Shown one piece after another: positions 9,598 through 19,389 of a DNA stretch of 64,000 bases; within the stretch, counting starts at the first letter, position 1, and each line of letters begins with the position of its first letter. Source of the DNA: Candidatus Zixiibacteriota bacterium (GTDB lineage: Bacteria > RBG-13-66-14 > B26-G2 > WVWN01); the NCBI GenBank assembly GCA_050117845.1, contig JASFLY010000008.1:1-64000 (forward strand), written 5' to 3'. Made by a program: the position numbers and the translations under genes. Below the pieces are notes generated by a model, which ran no database searches, was not told the origin of the DNA, and saw nothing but the letters and a program-made list of their open reading frames with translations.

Positions 9598-10155
9598 GTG
9601 AAGGTTGTGACTGTTATAGTCCTTACGTCGGCCGTGGCCGCTTACGCCGGCGGTTGGACTTACGTGGCCGAGGCCGGCGGCGGCCTCGTTGCGGGGGTCG
9701 GGTTGGCGGTCGCTACACGCGCCGCGGTGGAAGCGGCGGATGGCGGAAGAAGCCCGGCCAACGCGGCGGCCTTGCCCGCTTATTTGATCGGTACCGGCGC
9801 CGGTACCTGGCTCACCGGCGAACTCCTGGACGGCCGGAGCGCGAATCCCCGGGCCGCGTTCTTCGGGGCCGTGGGCGGTTCCGGGGCGGGTATAGGCGCG
9901 GGGTTTGCGGTTTTGTTGTTGGGTTACGGCGTCGGGTTCGTTAGCGGAGAGGCCGGGTTATGCTTTTATATGGCCGGTTTCGCGACCACGGTCGCGGCGC
10001 CCCCCATCCTGTCGGCCGTGCTCTATAATTCTATTAAAAAGCCGAGGGAGGCCGGCGCGAGCGCGTTGACCGTAACGCCGTCGATAACGGCCTTGTCTCC
10101 CCGGGGCCGCGGCGCCGCGCCGACGTTGGCGTACGGTTTCTCGATGTCTTTTTAA
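9598..10155 (+). CDS. Gly/Ala-rich membrane protein, paralog 2
   Basis: GTG start after GGAGGAG; GELLDGRSANP; C-terminus PTLAYGFSMSF. Confidence 0.8.
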   Translation: MKVVTVIVLTSAVAAYAGGWTYVAEAGGGLVAGVGLAVATRAAVEAADGGRSPANAAALPAYLIGTGAGTWLTGELLDGRSANPRAAFFGAVGGSGAGIGAGFAVLLLGYGVGFVSGEAGLCFYMAGFATTVAAPPILSAVLYNSIKKPREAGASALTVTPSITALSPRGRGAAPTLAYGFSMSF

Positions 10156-10256
10156 GGGATTATCGGAGGCTTTTTTATTTGCGGGGATTTCCGGCGGGCC
10201 GGTAACGAGGCCGTCTTCAAGGTATGGCTTCGCGGCCTGCGTCGAGGAGTTAATAA

Positions 10257-10817
10257 ATGAAGAAAGCGGTCGCCATAATCCTGTTGTCGGCGGCGTCGGC
10301 TTGCGCCTGCGACGGCGTATACGTGGCCGAGGCCGGGTTCGGCTTCGCCGGCGGCGCTTTGTGCGGGGCGGCGGGTGGCTTGGCCGCCCGCGGCATAGGA
10401 GAGGACGGCGTCGCGGGAGGCATACTGGCCGGGACGCTCTTCGTCGGGGGGACCGCGGCGGCGGTATGGCTCGCCGGCGAGGATATGGACGGCCCGAGCG
10501 AAAACGGTTGGGCCTCCTTCGGCGGGGCGCTGGGCGGTTCCGCGATGGGCGCGACGGTAGGAGGGGGCCTTATCGTTTTGGGTATGGTCGCCGGGGACCG
10601 GGAGCATGGCCCCGTTGGGTTGCCGCTCGTAATATTAGGTTGTGCCACGGCGGCCTTCGCCCCATCTATCCTCTCGACGGTGTTTTACAACGTCGCCAAG
10701 AAGCCGGCGCCGGCCGAAGGGGCGGCGATAAACATAACGCCCTCGATAGCGGCGCTTTCACCCCGTGGCCGGGGGGACGCGCCGACGCTGGCGTACGGGT
10801 TCGCGGTGTCGTTCTGA
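10257..10817 (+). CDS. Gly/Ala-rich membrane protein, paralog 3
   Basis: GEDMDGPSEN; C-terminus PTLAYGFAVSF. Confidence 0.8.
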   Translation: MKKAVAIILLSAASACACDGVYVAEAGFGFAGGALCGAAGGLAARGIGEDGVAGGILAGTLFVGGTAAAVWLAGEDMDGPSENGWASFGGALGGSAMGATVGGGLIVLGMVAGDREHGPVGLPLVILGCATAAFAPSILSTVFYNVAKKPAPAEGAAINITPSIAALSPRGRGDAPTLAYGFAVSF

Positions 10818-10836
10818 GGGCAACGGCGCCGCTTTT

Positions 10837-11340
10837 GATATCGAAATATCGTGGGTAGGGGCGCAACGTATTGCGCTCCTTTTTATTAGGTGTTACGTAG
10901 GGCCGTACCTTCAGGTGCGCCCACGAAAATCTTTTGTTAATGTGAGGTAGGGGCGACTGGCCAGTCGCCCCTACGTACGATGTTGGTGTTGATATCGAAA
11001 TGCCGTTGGTAGGGGCGCAACGTGCTGCCTTCCTTTTTATTAGGTTTTACGTAGGGCCGTACCTTCAGGTGCGGCCACGAAAATTCTCTTGTTAATATGA
11101 GGTAGGGGCGTAAGGCCTTACGCCCCTACGGGCGTCGGTTTGTCTCCGGGGCCTACGGCGGGTCTTCTTCCCGGCCGTTTTCGCGCCGACCTAAAGGTCG
11201 GCGCCTACATTTTTAGTGGCGGCGGCATTCCTGCGGGGGGTGATTTTGGACAGTGGGCTTAAGCCCACTGTCTATGCTGCCGGGAATGTCGGCGCTACCC
11301 AACGGCCCGGTAACGGCGGGGATGAATCCCGCCGCTTCGG
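10837..11340. repeat. REP cluster 2, including an imperfect direct repeat with 154-bp period
   Basis: Units start gatatcgaaat at 10837 and 10991. Palindromes at 10947-10974, 11102-11129, 11183-11208, 11249-11272 and 11314-11334. Confidence 0.9.
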
Positions 11341-11360
11341 GTTTAACGGGTTTTTGGCCG

Positions 11361-11389
11361 TTGACCGGGGGCGCGGCGGTTATTATAAT
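11361..11389 (+). promoter_or_regulatory. Sigma70-type promoter
   Basis: TTGACC-17 nt-TATAAT. Confidence 0.65.
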
Positions 11390-11437
11390 CCGGCGAAAGG
11401 TATTGGTTGATCAATACGTATTAAACGAGGAGTTCTT

Positions 11438-11953
11438 ATGCGCGGTAAATTCGGTTTGGGCATGCTGCTCGTCTTCGTGGCCTGGGTGCCCATTATCATC
11501 TGGCAATCTTCGGTGGAATGGGGGCCGGCGCTGCTGGGCGAGGCTACGTACGCCCGGATAATGAGTACGTACGTCGTACAGGTCGTTTCCGTCGTGTCGA
11601 CGGCGGGGATGTTCCTGACCGGCATGTTTTTCCTGATGAGGCCGGTGTTCGGCGTGATGAAGGGGATGAGCGACCGGGCCAAACTCCGGGCGACCGGCGT
11701 TCCCGGCCATGCTATAGTCCGGAGCATCGGCGAATCGGGCGGGGGGACCGTCACGGTCAACGACCAGCCGCTCCTGTCACTTACGCTCGAGGTGAACGAC
11801 GGCTACGGTTCGCCGTACCTCGTTTCGCTCGAAACCATAGTGCCGCGCTACGCCATACCGCAGGTGCAGCCGGGGGATACGATCCCGATTAAAATAGACC
11901 CCAACGATCCGCAGCGGATCGCCGTGGACTGGGGGGCGATGGGATACTCATGA
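11438..11953 (+). CDS. Membrane protein with DUF3592-like C-terminal domain
   Basis: Two TM segments, then TVTVNDQP...PY...VP...VQPG..I.IKIDPNDP..IAVDW. Confidence 0.7.
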   Translation: MRGKFGLGMLLVFVAWVPIIIWQSSVEWGPALLGEATYARIMSTYVVQVVSVVSTAGMFLTGMFFLMRPVFGVMKGMSDRAKLRATGVPGHAIVRSIGESGGGTVTVNDQPLLSLTLEVNDGYGSPYLVSLETIVPRYAIPQVQPGDTIPIKIDPNDPQRIAVDWGAMGYS

Positions 11954-12507
11954 TAATGAGGCTATTGGGTGCGGGTTTGCTTCTATGGGCGACGGCGGCC
12001 TTCGCCGGCGCCGGGATGTTCCTGGGAGAGATGGGCGTGGGCGCGGCCGTGGGCGGCGCCTCGTTCTTCGGGACGTACGCGTTTACCAATAGTATGGACG
12101 ACGGCTGGCAGTTCATAATACCGGGCTGCGCGTTTATGGCGGGTGCCGGGTCGGGGGTATACCTTCTGGGAGAACTCGTGGACGGCCGGAGCGCGAACCC
12201 CTGGGCGTCGTTCGGCGCGGCCCTGGGCGGCGCGGCGCTCGGGACGGCGGTGTGCACCACGCCGGGGATACTCGTGGCCAAGGGAGGCGGTGGCGAGAAC
12301 GAGAGTTACACGGCGATAGCGTTCGGCGTTACGGCCGGGATTATCGGCGGGACGGCCGCGAGCGCGTGGCTTTACAACGCCGTCAAAAAGCCGGCGGGAG
12401 GCCGGGGCGCCCGGGCGCCGATGCCTACGCCTACCGTGGCGGCGCTGGCGCCGCGACGTGGGGAAGGCGCGCCGACGATAACGTACGGCGTCGCCTGGTC
12501 TTTCTGA
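11950..12507 (+). CDS. Gly/Ala-rich membrane protein, paralog 4
   Basis: ATGA overlap with upstream gene; GELVDGRSANPW; C-terminus PTITYGVAWSF. Confidence 0.8.
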   Translation: MIMRLLGAGLLLWATAAFAGAGMFLGEMGVGAAVGGASFFGTYAFTNSMDDGWQFIIPGCAFMAGAGSGVYLLGELVDGRSANPWASFGAALGGAALGTAVCTTPGILVAKGGGGENESYTAIAFGVTAGIIGGTAASAWLYNAVKKPAGGRGARAPMPTPTVAALAPRRGEGAPTITYGVAWSF

Positions 12508-12549
12508 CGAAAACGCCTTTCAAGGGTTATAAGGCGAGGAGGTACGGAC

Positions 12550-12936
12550 GTGGCCGGGATTGCGGTAACGGCGATTTATATCGGCGGGGTGATACACTTA
12601 CTCACCGCCGTCTTCCACCTGTTCTTCTGGCGATTGTTCAACTGGCCCGAGGAACTGGCGAAACTCTCGCCGCTGAACGCCCGGGTGGTGCCGGTGATGA
12701 ATATATCGCTCATCGTCGGTTTCCTGGGGGCGGCGTACGTGTCCGTCTCCTTCGCCGGGGACCTCGTGGGGACGGCGTTGGGGCGCGGCGTCTCGTTCGC
12801 GCTGGCGCTGTTCTGGCTCGCCCGTTTGATTCAGCAGTTTATATTCTTCGGCCTGCGGAAACCCTTCTCCTGGTTTCTATCCCTCGCGTGCCTCCTGCTG
12901 GCGGTAATTTACTCGTTGCCTCTCTTCGCGGTATAA
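12550..12936 (+). CDS. Hypothetical 4-TM membrane protein
   Basis: GTG after GAGGAGG; four hydrophobic segments; FHLFFWRLFNW. Confidence 0.75.
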   Translation: MAGIAVTAIYIGGVIHLLTAVFHLFFWRLFNWPEELAKLSPLNARVVPVMNISLIVGFLGAAYVSVSFAGDLVGTALGRGVSFALALFWLARLIQQFIFFGLRKPFSWFLSLACLLLAVIYSLPLFAV

Positions 12937-13007
12937 ACCGTATATGAGGCTTATATCCGGGGAGGCGGCCGGCCGGCCGCCTTCTATTATGCTATAATCC
13001 CTTCTCG

Positions 13008-13751
13008 ATGGCCGCCTTTATCCAATGCGAGGACCTGCGTCTGACGCTGCGCGCGGGGGACGGCAAGAACCGGCACGAGACGCCGGTCTTCGCCGGCTTG
13101 AGCCTCGCCGTGGAGCGGGGGGAGCGCGTCGGCCTGATGGGCCCCTCCGGCTGCGGCAAGACCACCCTCCTCAAGCTGATAGACCGCCTGCTCGACGCGG
13201 ACGAAGGCCGGGTCCTCGTGGACGGGAAGGACGTGCGGGACTGGGACGTCTTGGCGCTGCGGCGCGCGGCCCAGCTCGTGCCGCAGAAGCCGTTTCTGTT
13301 CGGCGAGACGGTCCGCGACAACCTCCTGTTCGGCCTGCGAGCCGCGGGCCGGGAACTCCCCGGCGACGGCCGGCTGCAGGACCTGCTTTCCGACGCGGCG
13401 CTGGCCGGCCTCGCGCTCGAAAGGCCGGTGGGGGCGCTGTCGGTGGGGCAGCAACAGCGGCTCTGCCTTGCCCGGGCGCTGGCGCTCGAGCCCGAGATAC
13501 TCATGCTGGACGAGACCACGTCCTCGCTCGAGCCGCCGGCGGCGAAGAAGATCCTCGGCCGCATCGACGAACTGGCGGGGGGGCGCGGCCTGACGTTCCT
13601 TCACGTGACGCACGAACTCCCCAAACTGCGGACCCTGGACCGGGTTTGCGTCATCGCCGGGGGCGTCGTCGTCGAGGAGGGGCCGCCGAAACAGATACTG
13701 AATAAACCCCGGGAGGAGACGACGCGCGAATTCGTGAGGGGGCTCGACTGA
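13008..13751 (+). CDS. ABC transporter ATP-binding protein (FetA/YbbL-like)
   Basis: Walker A GPSGCGKT, signature LSVGQQQR, Walker B LMLDE; coupled to a FetB-like permease. Confidence 0.9.
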   Translation: MAAFIQCEDLRLTLRAGDGKNRHETPVFAGLSLAVERGERVGLMGPSGCGKTTLLKLIDRLLDADEGRVLVDGKDVRDWDVLALRRAAQLVPQKPFLFGETVRDNLLFGLRAAGRELPGDGRLQDLLSDAALAGLALERPVGALSVGQQQRLCLARALALEPEILMLDETTSSLEPPAAKKILGRIDELAGGRGLTFLHVTHELPKLRTLDRVCVIAGGVVVEEGPPKQILNKPREETTREFVRGLD

Positions 13752-14533
13752 TGGAGGGCTTCATTCAACTGACGCTCGTCGACGTCGCAATCGCGGCCGC
13801 GTTCGTCGTGCTGGTCGCCGTCCTGTCGCTCGTCAACCGCCTGGGCGTCGAGAAGACCCTGGCCGTCGGGGCGGTGCGGACCTTCGTGCAATTGCTCGCC
13901 GTCGGCTACGCGCTGAAGTGGGTCTTCGGCCTCGACCGCTGGTACCTGGTCCTGCTGGCGGTGGTGCTGATGGTCGGCGTGGCCGGGTGGCACGGCGCCC
14001 GGCGGGCGGGGCCGGGGGGCCGCGTCGTCGTCATCGCGACCGCGGCCATATTCCTGTCGTCCGTCGCCGTCATACTCTTCCTCTTCGGCGCGGTCATCCG
14101 CGTGGAGCCTTGGTACGACCCGCGCTACGTCATACCGCTTGCCGGGATGGTTATAAACACGGCGATGAACGGCGCCTCGCTCGGCATGGCGACCTTCGCG
14201 ACGTCGGCCCGTGACCACGCCGAGCGGCTGGAAGCGGCGCTGGCGGCCGGGGCGTCCTCGGCCGCGGCGGCCCGGCCTTACGTCCGCGACGCCGTCAAGA
14301 AGGCGCTCATCCCCACCCTCAACGCCTTGATGACGGTCGGCATCGTCCAGCTCCCGGGGGCGATGACCGGCATGATCCTGGCGGGCTCGCCCCCCACCGC
14401 GGCGGTCCTGTACCAGATAGTGATAATGTATATGATCGCGGCGGCGGCCGCGCTGAGCGCCATCGGCGCCGTGATGTGGTACAGCCGGTCGTTCTTCACG
14501 CCGGCCCACCAACTCCGGCCGGAGCAGACGTAA
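13751..14533 (+). CDS. fetB: ABC permease FetB/YbbM (UPF0014)
   Basis: RTFVQLLAVGY, PRYVIPLAGM, GIVQLPGAMTGMILAGSPP..AVLYQIVIM. Confidence 0.85.
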   Translation: MEGFIQLTLVDVAIAAAFVVLVAVLSLVNRLGVEKTLAVGAVRTFVQLLAVGYALKWVFGLDRWYLVLLAVVLMVGVAGWHGARRAGPGGRVVVIATAAIFLSSVAVILFLFGAVIRVEPWYDPRYVIPLAGMVINTAMNGASLGMATFATSARDHAERLEAALAAGASSAAAARPYVRDAVKKALIPTLNALMTVGIVQLPGAMTGMILAGSPPTAAVLYQIVIMYMIAAAAALSAIGAVMWYSRSFFTPAHQLRPEQT

Positions 14534-14568
14534 AGGGTCTGCGGCCGAGTCTAAATTTATTAATAAAA

Positions 14569-14590
14569 AAACCGGCCCGCGGGGCCGGTT
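14569..14590. terminator. Terminator hairpin between convergent genes
   Basis: aaccggccc-gcg-gggccggtt with flanking A-run. Confidence 0.65.
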
Positions 14591-14608
14591 ACGCATAGGG
14601 GTCGGGTT

Positions 14609-15181
14609 TTAGCGGTAAAGGGCTTTAACGCGGCCGAAACTCGTAGGCGCGACGCCGATCCCGTACCCGGTGTCCACGGTGCACTCTATCGCCCAGTCGG
14701 TTGAGGCCGAGTGCCAGGTGATGTCGTCCTGCGACGTGAAGTGGTGCCCCGGGTACAGCGCCGGCGTGGAGCCCTTGAACGAGACGAAGAATTCGCGATA
14801 CGGGTCGTCGGTGCTTATGAGGAAGTCCTGCCGTTCGATGATTATTCCGGCGCCGGAGAGGTCGGCGTCGGTCCATTCGGGCCACTTCTTGGTCGTGACC
14901 CAGAACGAGCCGATCATGGACCCGATGGTCGCCCCGTCCGCTTCCCACACCTTGACCCGGACGTTGTAGTATTCCGCGTTGAAGCCGAAGTGCGCGCTTT
15001 TGAGGAAAAGCGGGTACTGTTCCGCCGAGGGCGTGAACAGCGTCGCCGGGTGGGCGTACTGGATCCACATATACGTCCGGTTGTATTCGCCGCTGGAATA
15101 GCGTAGCCGGACCTCTTCGCCCGCGGCGGTCGCCGCGATGCCGGCCGCGATAAACAGTATTATCAAACCGTATCTCATCAT
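14609..15181 (-). CDS. Secreted protein with C-terminal tag (VAPTSFGRVKALYR)
   Basis: Start MMRYGLIILFIAAGIAATAAG after GGAGG; signal peptide; shared tail. Confidence 0.8.
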   Translation of the reverse strand: MMRYGLIILFIAAGIAATAAGEEVRLRYSSGEYNRTYMWIQYAHPATLFTPSAEQYPLFLKSAHFGFNAEYYNVRVKVWEADGATIGSMIGSFWVTTKKWPEWTDADLSGAGIIIERQDFLISTDDPYREFFVSFKGSTPALYPGHHFTSQDDITWHSASTDWAIECTVDTGYGIGVAPTSFGRVKALYR

Positions 15182-15317
15182 ACCACCTCCGTCGCTGCGC
15201 ATTTATAACACGTTCCCCGTAATTAGTCAACGGCGCTCCCGCCGGGGCGTCGCGGCGCCCGCTAAAAACCCCGGCCTCGAGGCCGGGGTCGATATTTTAC
15301 AAAGTATGAGGCCGGCG

Positions 15318-16460
15318 TTACGCCTCTTTGAGGATTTCCTCGGCCGCGGCCGCGCCCTTGCCGAGGTCGAAGACGAAGCCCTTGTCGGCCAGGCCCATCT
15401 CGAGCGCGGAGATGGCGGTGAGGACGTCGAACGGCCCGACGGCTCCCATGTGGGCGATGCGGACGATGCGGTCCTTGACCTGGCCCTGACCTCCGCCGAA
15501 GGAGACGCCGTAGTTGCGGGCGATGTGGTCGCGGAGTTCGTCCGGCGCTATTTCGTCCGGCGGCCTGATGACCGTCAATACGTTCGCCGGGTTGAGGGCG
15601 AATTGCCGCAGGCCGAGGGCGTTGACGGCCGCCCGCGTCGCCCGGGCCATCTTCTCGTGGCGGGAGAATATCGCCGGGAGGCCCTCCTCCATCATAAGCT
15701 CCATCGCCCGGGCCAGCGCGCGCATGGTCGAGACGGCGGGCGTGAACGGCGTTTCGAACTTCTCGGCGAATTGGCGGTATTTGCGCAGGTCCCAGTAGTA
15801 GCGGGGGCACTTGGCCCGTTCGCAGACCTTCCACGCCTTGGGGTTCATGGCGACGAAGCCGACGCCGGGGGGCGCCATGAAGCTCTTCTGCGACGCCGAC
15901 ACCGTTACGTCCACGTTCCATTCGTCCATGCGGAAGTCCATGGCGCCGAGGCCGCAAACCGCGTCGACCACCATGAGCGCGTTGGTCTCGGATACGAAGC
16001 GCCCTATCTCCTCGATGTTCTGCACCACGCCGGTCGAGGTGTCCACGAAGGTGGTGAACACGGCGCGGGTCTCGTTCTCGGTGTCTTCCGCCAGCCGCTC
16101 CGCGACCAGCTTCGGATTGACGGCGCGGCCCCATTCGACGTCGACGGTCCGCACCATGGCGCCGTATTCCTTGAGCATGTCGGCCCAGCGGTTGCCGAAG
16201 TGGCCGCCCCGCACGACGATGGCCTTTTCGCCCGGAGACATGACGTTCGCGACCGCGGCCTCCATCGCCGAGGTGCCGGAACCGGTCAGCAGGAATATGT
16301 CGTTTTTGGTCCCGATTATCTCGCGCAGGCACTTCGTTATGTATTGATAGAGTTCGTGGAATTCCCGGCCGCGGTGAGACAGCATGTCGGCGGTTTGAGC
16401 CGACGCGACCGTGCTCGGGACGGGCGTGGGGCCCGGTACCATTAAATATTTTTTTATCAT
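15318..16460 (-). CDS. Class V PLP aminotransferase (alanine-glyoxylate/serine-pyruvate family)
   Basis: LMVPGPTPV, SGTSAMEAAV, VDAVCGLG, SASQKSFMAPPG (PLP Lys), RIAHMG. Confidence 0.92.
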   Translation of the reverse strand: MIKKYLMVPGPTPVPSTVASAQTADMLSHRGREFHELYQYITKCLREIIGTKNDIFLLTGSGTSAMEAAVANVMSPGEKAIVVRGGHFGNRWADMLKEYGAMVRTVDVEWGRAVNPKLVAERLAEDTENETRAVFTTFVDTSTGVVQNIEEIGRFVSETNALMVVDAVCGLGAMDFRMDEWNVDVTVSASQKSFMAPPGVGFVAMNPKAWKVCERAKCPRYYWDLRKYRQFAEKFETPFTPAVSTMRALARAMELMMEEGLPAIFSRHEKMARATRAAVNALGLRQFALNPANVLTVIRPPDEIAPDELRDHIARNYGVSFGGGQGQVKDRIVRIAHMGAVGPFDVLTAISALEMGLADKGFVFDLGKGAAAAEEILKEA

Positions 16461-16572
16461 ACGTCGTTCCTACTCCGTGGAAGATTCGTCGTTATTTCGG
16501 GCCCCAAGTATATAATATCGTTAAATCAATCACAAGATTTTCCGGCGAACAAGGCCGGTTCCGTTCCCGTCG

Positions 16573-18483
16573 TTACCGCGTACGGCCCTCCAGCATGGCC
16601 AGGCGGCGCTGGGCCTCGGCGTTGCCCGGGTCGAACGCGAGGCCCCGCCGGTAGGCGGCGGCCGCGGCGGCGAAGTCGCCCCGGGCCTCGTGCACCAGGC
16701 CCATGTTGAAGTAGGTGTTGGGGTAGGCCGGCTCTATGACCGCCGCCCGCTCCAGCGTCCGCATCGCGCCGTCGAGGTCGCGGCGCGCCATGAGGATGAT
16801 GCCGTAATTGACGAGCGCCGCGACGCAGTTCGGGTCGCCGGCGAGGGCGGCCTTCACGTAACGCTCGGCTTCGGACACCCGGCCCTGATACAGGAGCATC
16901 GTGCCGTAGTTGCTTAACGTCTCCGGGTTGTCCGGGGAGAGCTCCAGCGCCCGGCCCAGCGCCCGTTCCGCCGCCGGCATGTTGTCCATCCGGATGTACG
17001 CCAGGCCCATATTGTTCCACGAGAACGAGTCCTCGGGCTCGATTTCGACCGCCTTCTCGTAGGCGCGGGCCGCCGCCAGGTCGTCCCCCCGGGCGGCGTA
17101 GACGGCCCCGAGGTGGTGGTACGAATAGGCGTCCGAAACGCGGACGTCGGCCGGCGCCGGGAAGTAGGCCGCGCCGTAAGCCCCGGCCACCAGCGCCGCG
17201 TAGACGACGACTTTCCACCAGGTCCGGCTCCTCAGGGCCGCGGCCGCGGCAAAGACGCCGGCCACGGCGAACAGCGCGAGCAGCGGGAACACCGGGAAGC
17301 GGTAGCGCCCCGTGATGAAAAAGAGGAAAGCGAGGGATGCGACGTAGACGGCCGCCAGGCCGAGGGCGGGCCGGTACTTGCGGTCCCGGGCGACCAGTAC
17401 GGCCCCGCCCAGCGCCCACGGCAGCACGATACCCCACGTGAACGGGAGGATTTTAAGGACCGTGCTCCGGGCCCGGAAGAAGTCGAAGGCCATGTGGTTC
17501 GGGATCTCGTAGGAGCTGGCGAGGAGGCGGAGGCGCCGCCCCACCTTCCCGGCGAAGTCGACCGGCTGCGTGAAGATATAGCGTAGCGCCTCGCGGGTGA
17601 AGAAGGCCGAGACCTCGGAGGGCCGGAGGGCCCGGCCTTCGGCCTCTTCGGCGAAGGCCGCGGACGAGGCCTCGAGGTGGGAGGGCCACGGCCCCGGCGC
17701 TTTGAAGGTGCCGTTGGCCTGGGGGTTGTTCCCGATGTAGAAGTTCACGCCGCCGTTCGACGAGATGACGACGAAGTCGCGCCCCACCGCGTAGTTCCGT
17801 ACGGTTACGGGCAGGACCACGGCCGCGGCGGCCGCCACCAGCGCCGCGACTATCGCTATCCGCCGGCGCCGGCTTGCCTCCTTCGCCTGCCACCATAGCG
17901 CGAGGCCGAGGGGCAGGAGGAGCAAGAGGTAGTTGGGCCGCGCCAACGCGCCGAAGGCCACGAGGGCCCCGGCCGCGACCGCCCGCCGCACGCGTACGCC
18001 GTCCTTTCCTCCCGCGGCCAACAGCGCCGCGCCCACGAGGACCGGCGGCAGGAGGAAGTCCATCAACAACTCGCCGTCGTAGAATACGGCCGTCGGCGAG
18101 AGGGCGTAAACGAGGCCGGCGGCGACGCCGCCCCAGCGGCCCATGAGCTTGCGGCCCAGCGCGTACAGAAGGCCGGCCGTCAGCGCCGAGGCCAGGAGCT
18201 GGAGGAGCGCTATCGTCCGGAGGTCCCCCAAATCGTTGCCGGAGATTTTGGCGACGGCGGCCAGGAAGTAGGGGTAAGCCGGGCTGGAGTGGAAGTACAC
18301 GTCGCGGCCCAGGACCTCGCCCGCGAGTATGACGCGGGCGTCGTCGGCGTACTCGACGGTGTCGCCGGTGGGCGCGTGGAAAAGGGGGAAGTCGCACATG
18401 CCGGCGAAGTACGCGAGCCGCACGGCCAGCGCCACGGCCACGACGCCGGCGGCCGGCGCGACGCGAAGGAGTCGATTCTTCAT
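16573..18483 (-). CDS. GT-C (GT39/ArnT-like) membrane protein with C-terminal TPR repeats
   Basis: GDTVEY, SPAYPYFLA, ALARPN, NGGVNFYIGNNP and RYRFP motifs; multiple TPRs. Confidence 0.85.
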   Translation of the reverse strand: MKNRLLRVAPAAGVVAVALAVRLAYFAGMCDFPLFHAPTGDTVEYADDARVILAGEVLGRDVYFHSSPAYPYFLAAVAKISGNDLGDLRTIALLQLLASALTAGLLYALGRKLMGRWGGVAAGLVYALSPTAVFYDGELLMDFLLPPVLVGAALLAAGGKDGVRVRRAVAAGALVAFGALARPNYLLLLLPLGLALWWQAKEASRRRRIAIVAALVAAAAAVVLPVTVRNYAVGRDFVVISSNGGVNFYIGNNPQANGTFKAPGPWPSHLEASSAAFAEEAEGRALRPSEVSAFFTREALRYIFTQPVDFAGKVGRRLRLLASSYEIPNHMAFDFFRARSTVLKILPFTWGIVLPWALGGAVLVARDRKYRPALGLAAVYVASLAFLFFITGRYRFPVFPLLALFAVAGVFAAAAALRSRTWWKVVVYAALVAGAYGAAYFPAPADVRVSDAYSYHHLGAVYAARGDDLAAARAYEKAVEIEPEDSFSWNNMGLAYIRMDNMPAAERALGRALELSPDNPETLSNYGTMLLYQGRVSEAERYVKAALAGDPNCVAALVNYGIILMARRDLDGAMRTLERAAVIEPAYPNTYFNMGLVHEARGDFAAAAAAYRRGLAFDPGNAEAQRRLAMLEGRTR

Positions 18484-18582
18484 CAGGCCGGATTATAAAA
18501 CAATAAGGCCCCGGCGGCAAGCGGGGCCCCAAAGAAAAAACCGGCCGAAGCCGGTTGTCATGATTTAGGAAAATGTTGCGGC

Positions 18583-19200
18583 CTAGCCCTGGCCGTTTTT
18601 TTTGCCCTTTTCGGCGTCGATACGGTTGGCCAGCACCTCGTCTATTATCCCGTACTTCACCGCTTCCTCGGGCGTCATGAAGTTGTCGCGGTCGGTGTCG
18701 CGCTCGACGGTGGCGATGTCCTGGCCGGTGTGCAGGGAGAGGGTTTCGTTCAACAGCTTCTTGAGGCGGAGGACCTCCCGGGCGTGGATGTCGATGTCGG
18801 TCGCCTGGCCGGTGAAACCGCCCGAAACCTGGTGGAGGAGGATGGTGGAGTTGGGCAGGGCGTAACGCTTGCCGGCCGTCCCCGCGGCCAGAAGGACCGC
18901 GGCCATGCTGGCGGCCATCCCCAGGCAGTAGGTGGCGACGTCCGAGCGGATGAACTGCATCGTGTCGTAGATGGCGAGGCCCGACGATACCGACCCGCCC
19001 GGCGAGTTGATGTACATCAGGACGTCGCGCTCCGGGTCCTCCTTCTCCAGGAAGAGGAGCTGGGCGATGACGAGGTTGGCGACGTTGTCGTCCAGCGGCG
19101 CGCCGATGAAGATGATGTGGTCCTTGAGGAGCCGGGAGTAGATGTCGTACTGGCGTTCGCCCCGGGACGTCTGTTCGATAACCCACGGAATAAGCGTCAC
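18583..19200 (-). CDS. clpP: ATP-dependent Clp protease proteolytic subunit
   Basis: [24 protein letters not shown] (Ser), LHQ (His), RDTDRDNFM. Confidence 0.97.
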   Translation of the reverse strand: MTLIPWVIEQTSRGERQYDIYSRLLKDHIIFIGAPLDDNVANLVIAQLLFLEKEDPERDVLMYINSPGGSVSSGLAIYDTMQFIRSDVATYCLGMAASMAAVLLAAGTAGKRYALPNSTILLHQVSGGFTGQATDIDIHAREVLRLKKLLNETLSLHTGQDIATVERDTDRDNFMTPEEAVKYGIIDEVLANRIDAEKGKKNGQG

Positions 19201-19216
19201 AGATGACCTCCGGCGT

Positions 19217-19240
19217 AAAAGCCGGCCTCGGAAGGCCGGC
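19217..19240 (-). terminator. Hairpin plus U-tract between tRNA-Ala and clpP
   Basis: gccggcct-tccg-aggccggc followed by TTTT on the minus strand. Confidence 0.55.
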
Positions 19241-19258
19241 CTTGAAACTGGGAAGATT

Positions 19259-19331
19259 TGGAGGTGAGGGGATTCGAACCCCTGACCTTCTGCATGCCAT
19301 GCAGACGCGCTTCCAACTGCGCCACACCCCC
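19259..19331 (-). tRNA. tRNA-Ala(GGC), CCA not encoded
   Basis: GGGGGTG/CACCTCC acceptor stem with G3:U70; anticodon arm TCTGC-ATGGCAT-GCAGA; GGTTCGAATCC T-arm. Confidence 0.97.
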
Positions 19332-19342
19332 GCAGGTTCTAA

Positions 19343-19371
19343 ATAATATACAAAATCGGCGGCGAAGTCAA
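19343..19371 (-). promoter_or_regulatory. Sigma70 promoter for tRNA-Ala
   Basis: TTGACT-17 nt-TATTAT. Confidence 0.7.
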
Positions 19372-19389
19372 GTGCAAAGGCCGGGTCTT

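Noticed and set aside
8794..10836. Integron attC sites between the Gly-rich paralogs
   Set aside because: No consistent RYYYAAC...GTTRRRY boxes and no integrase; tandem duplication is sufficient.
19259..19331. tRNA as an integration site for an island
   Set aside because: No integrase and no duplicated tRNA 3' end seen in the window.
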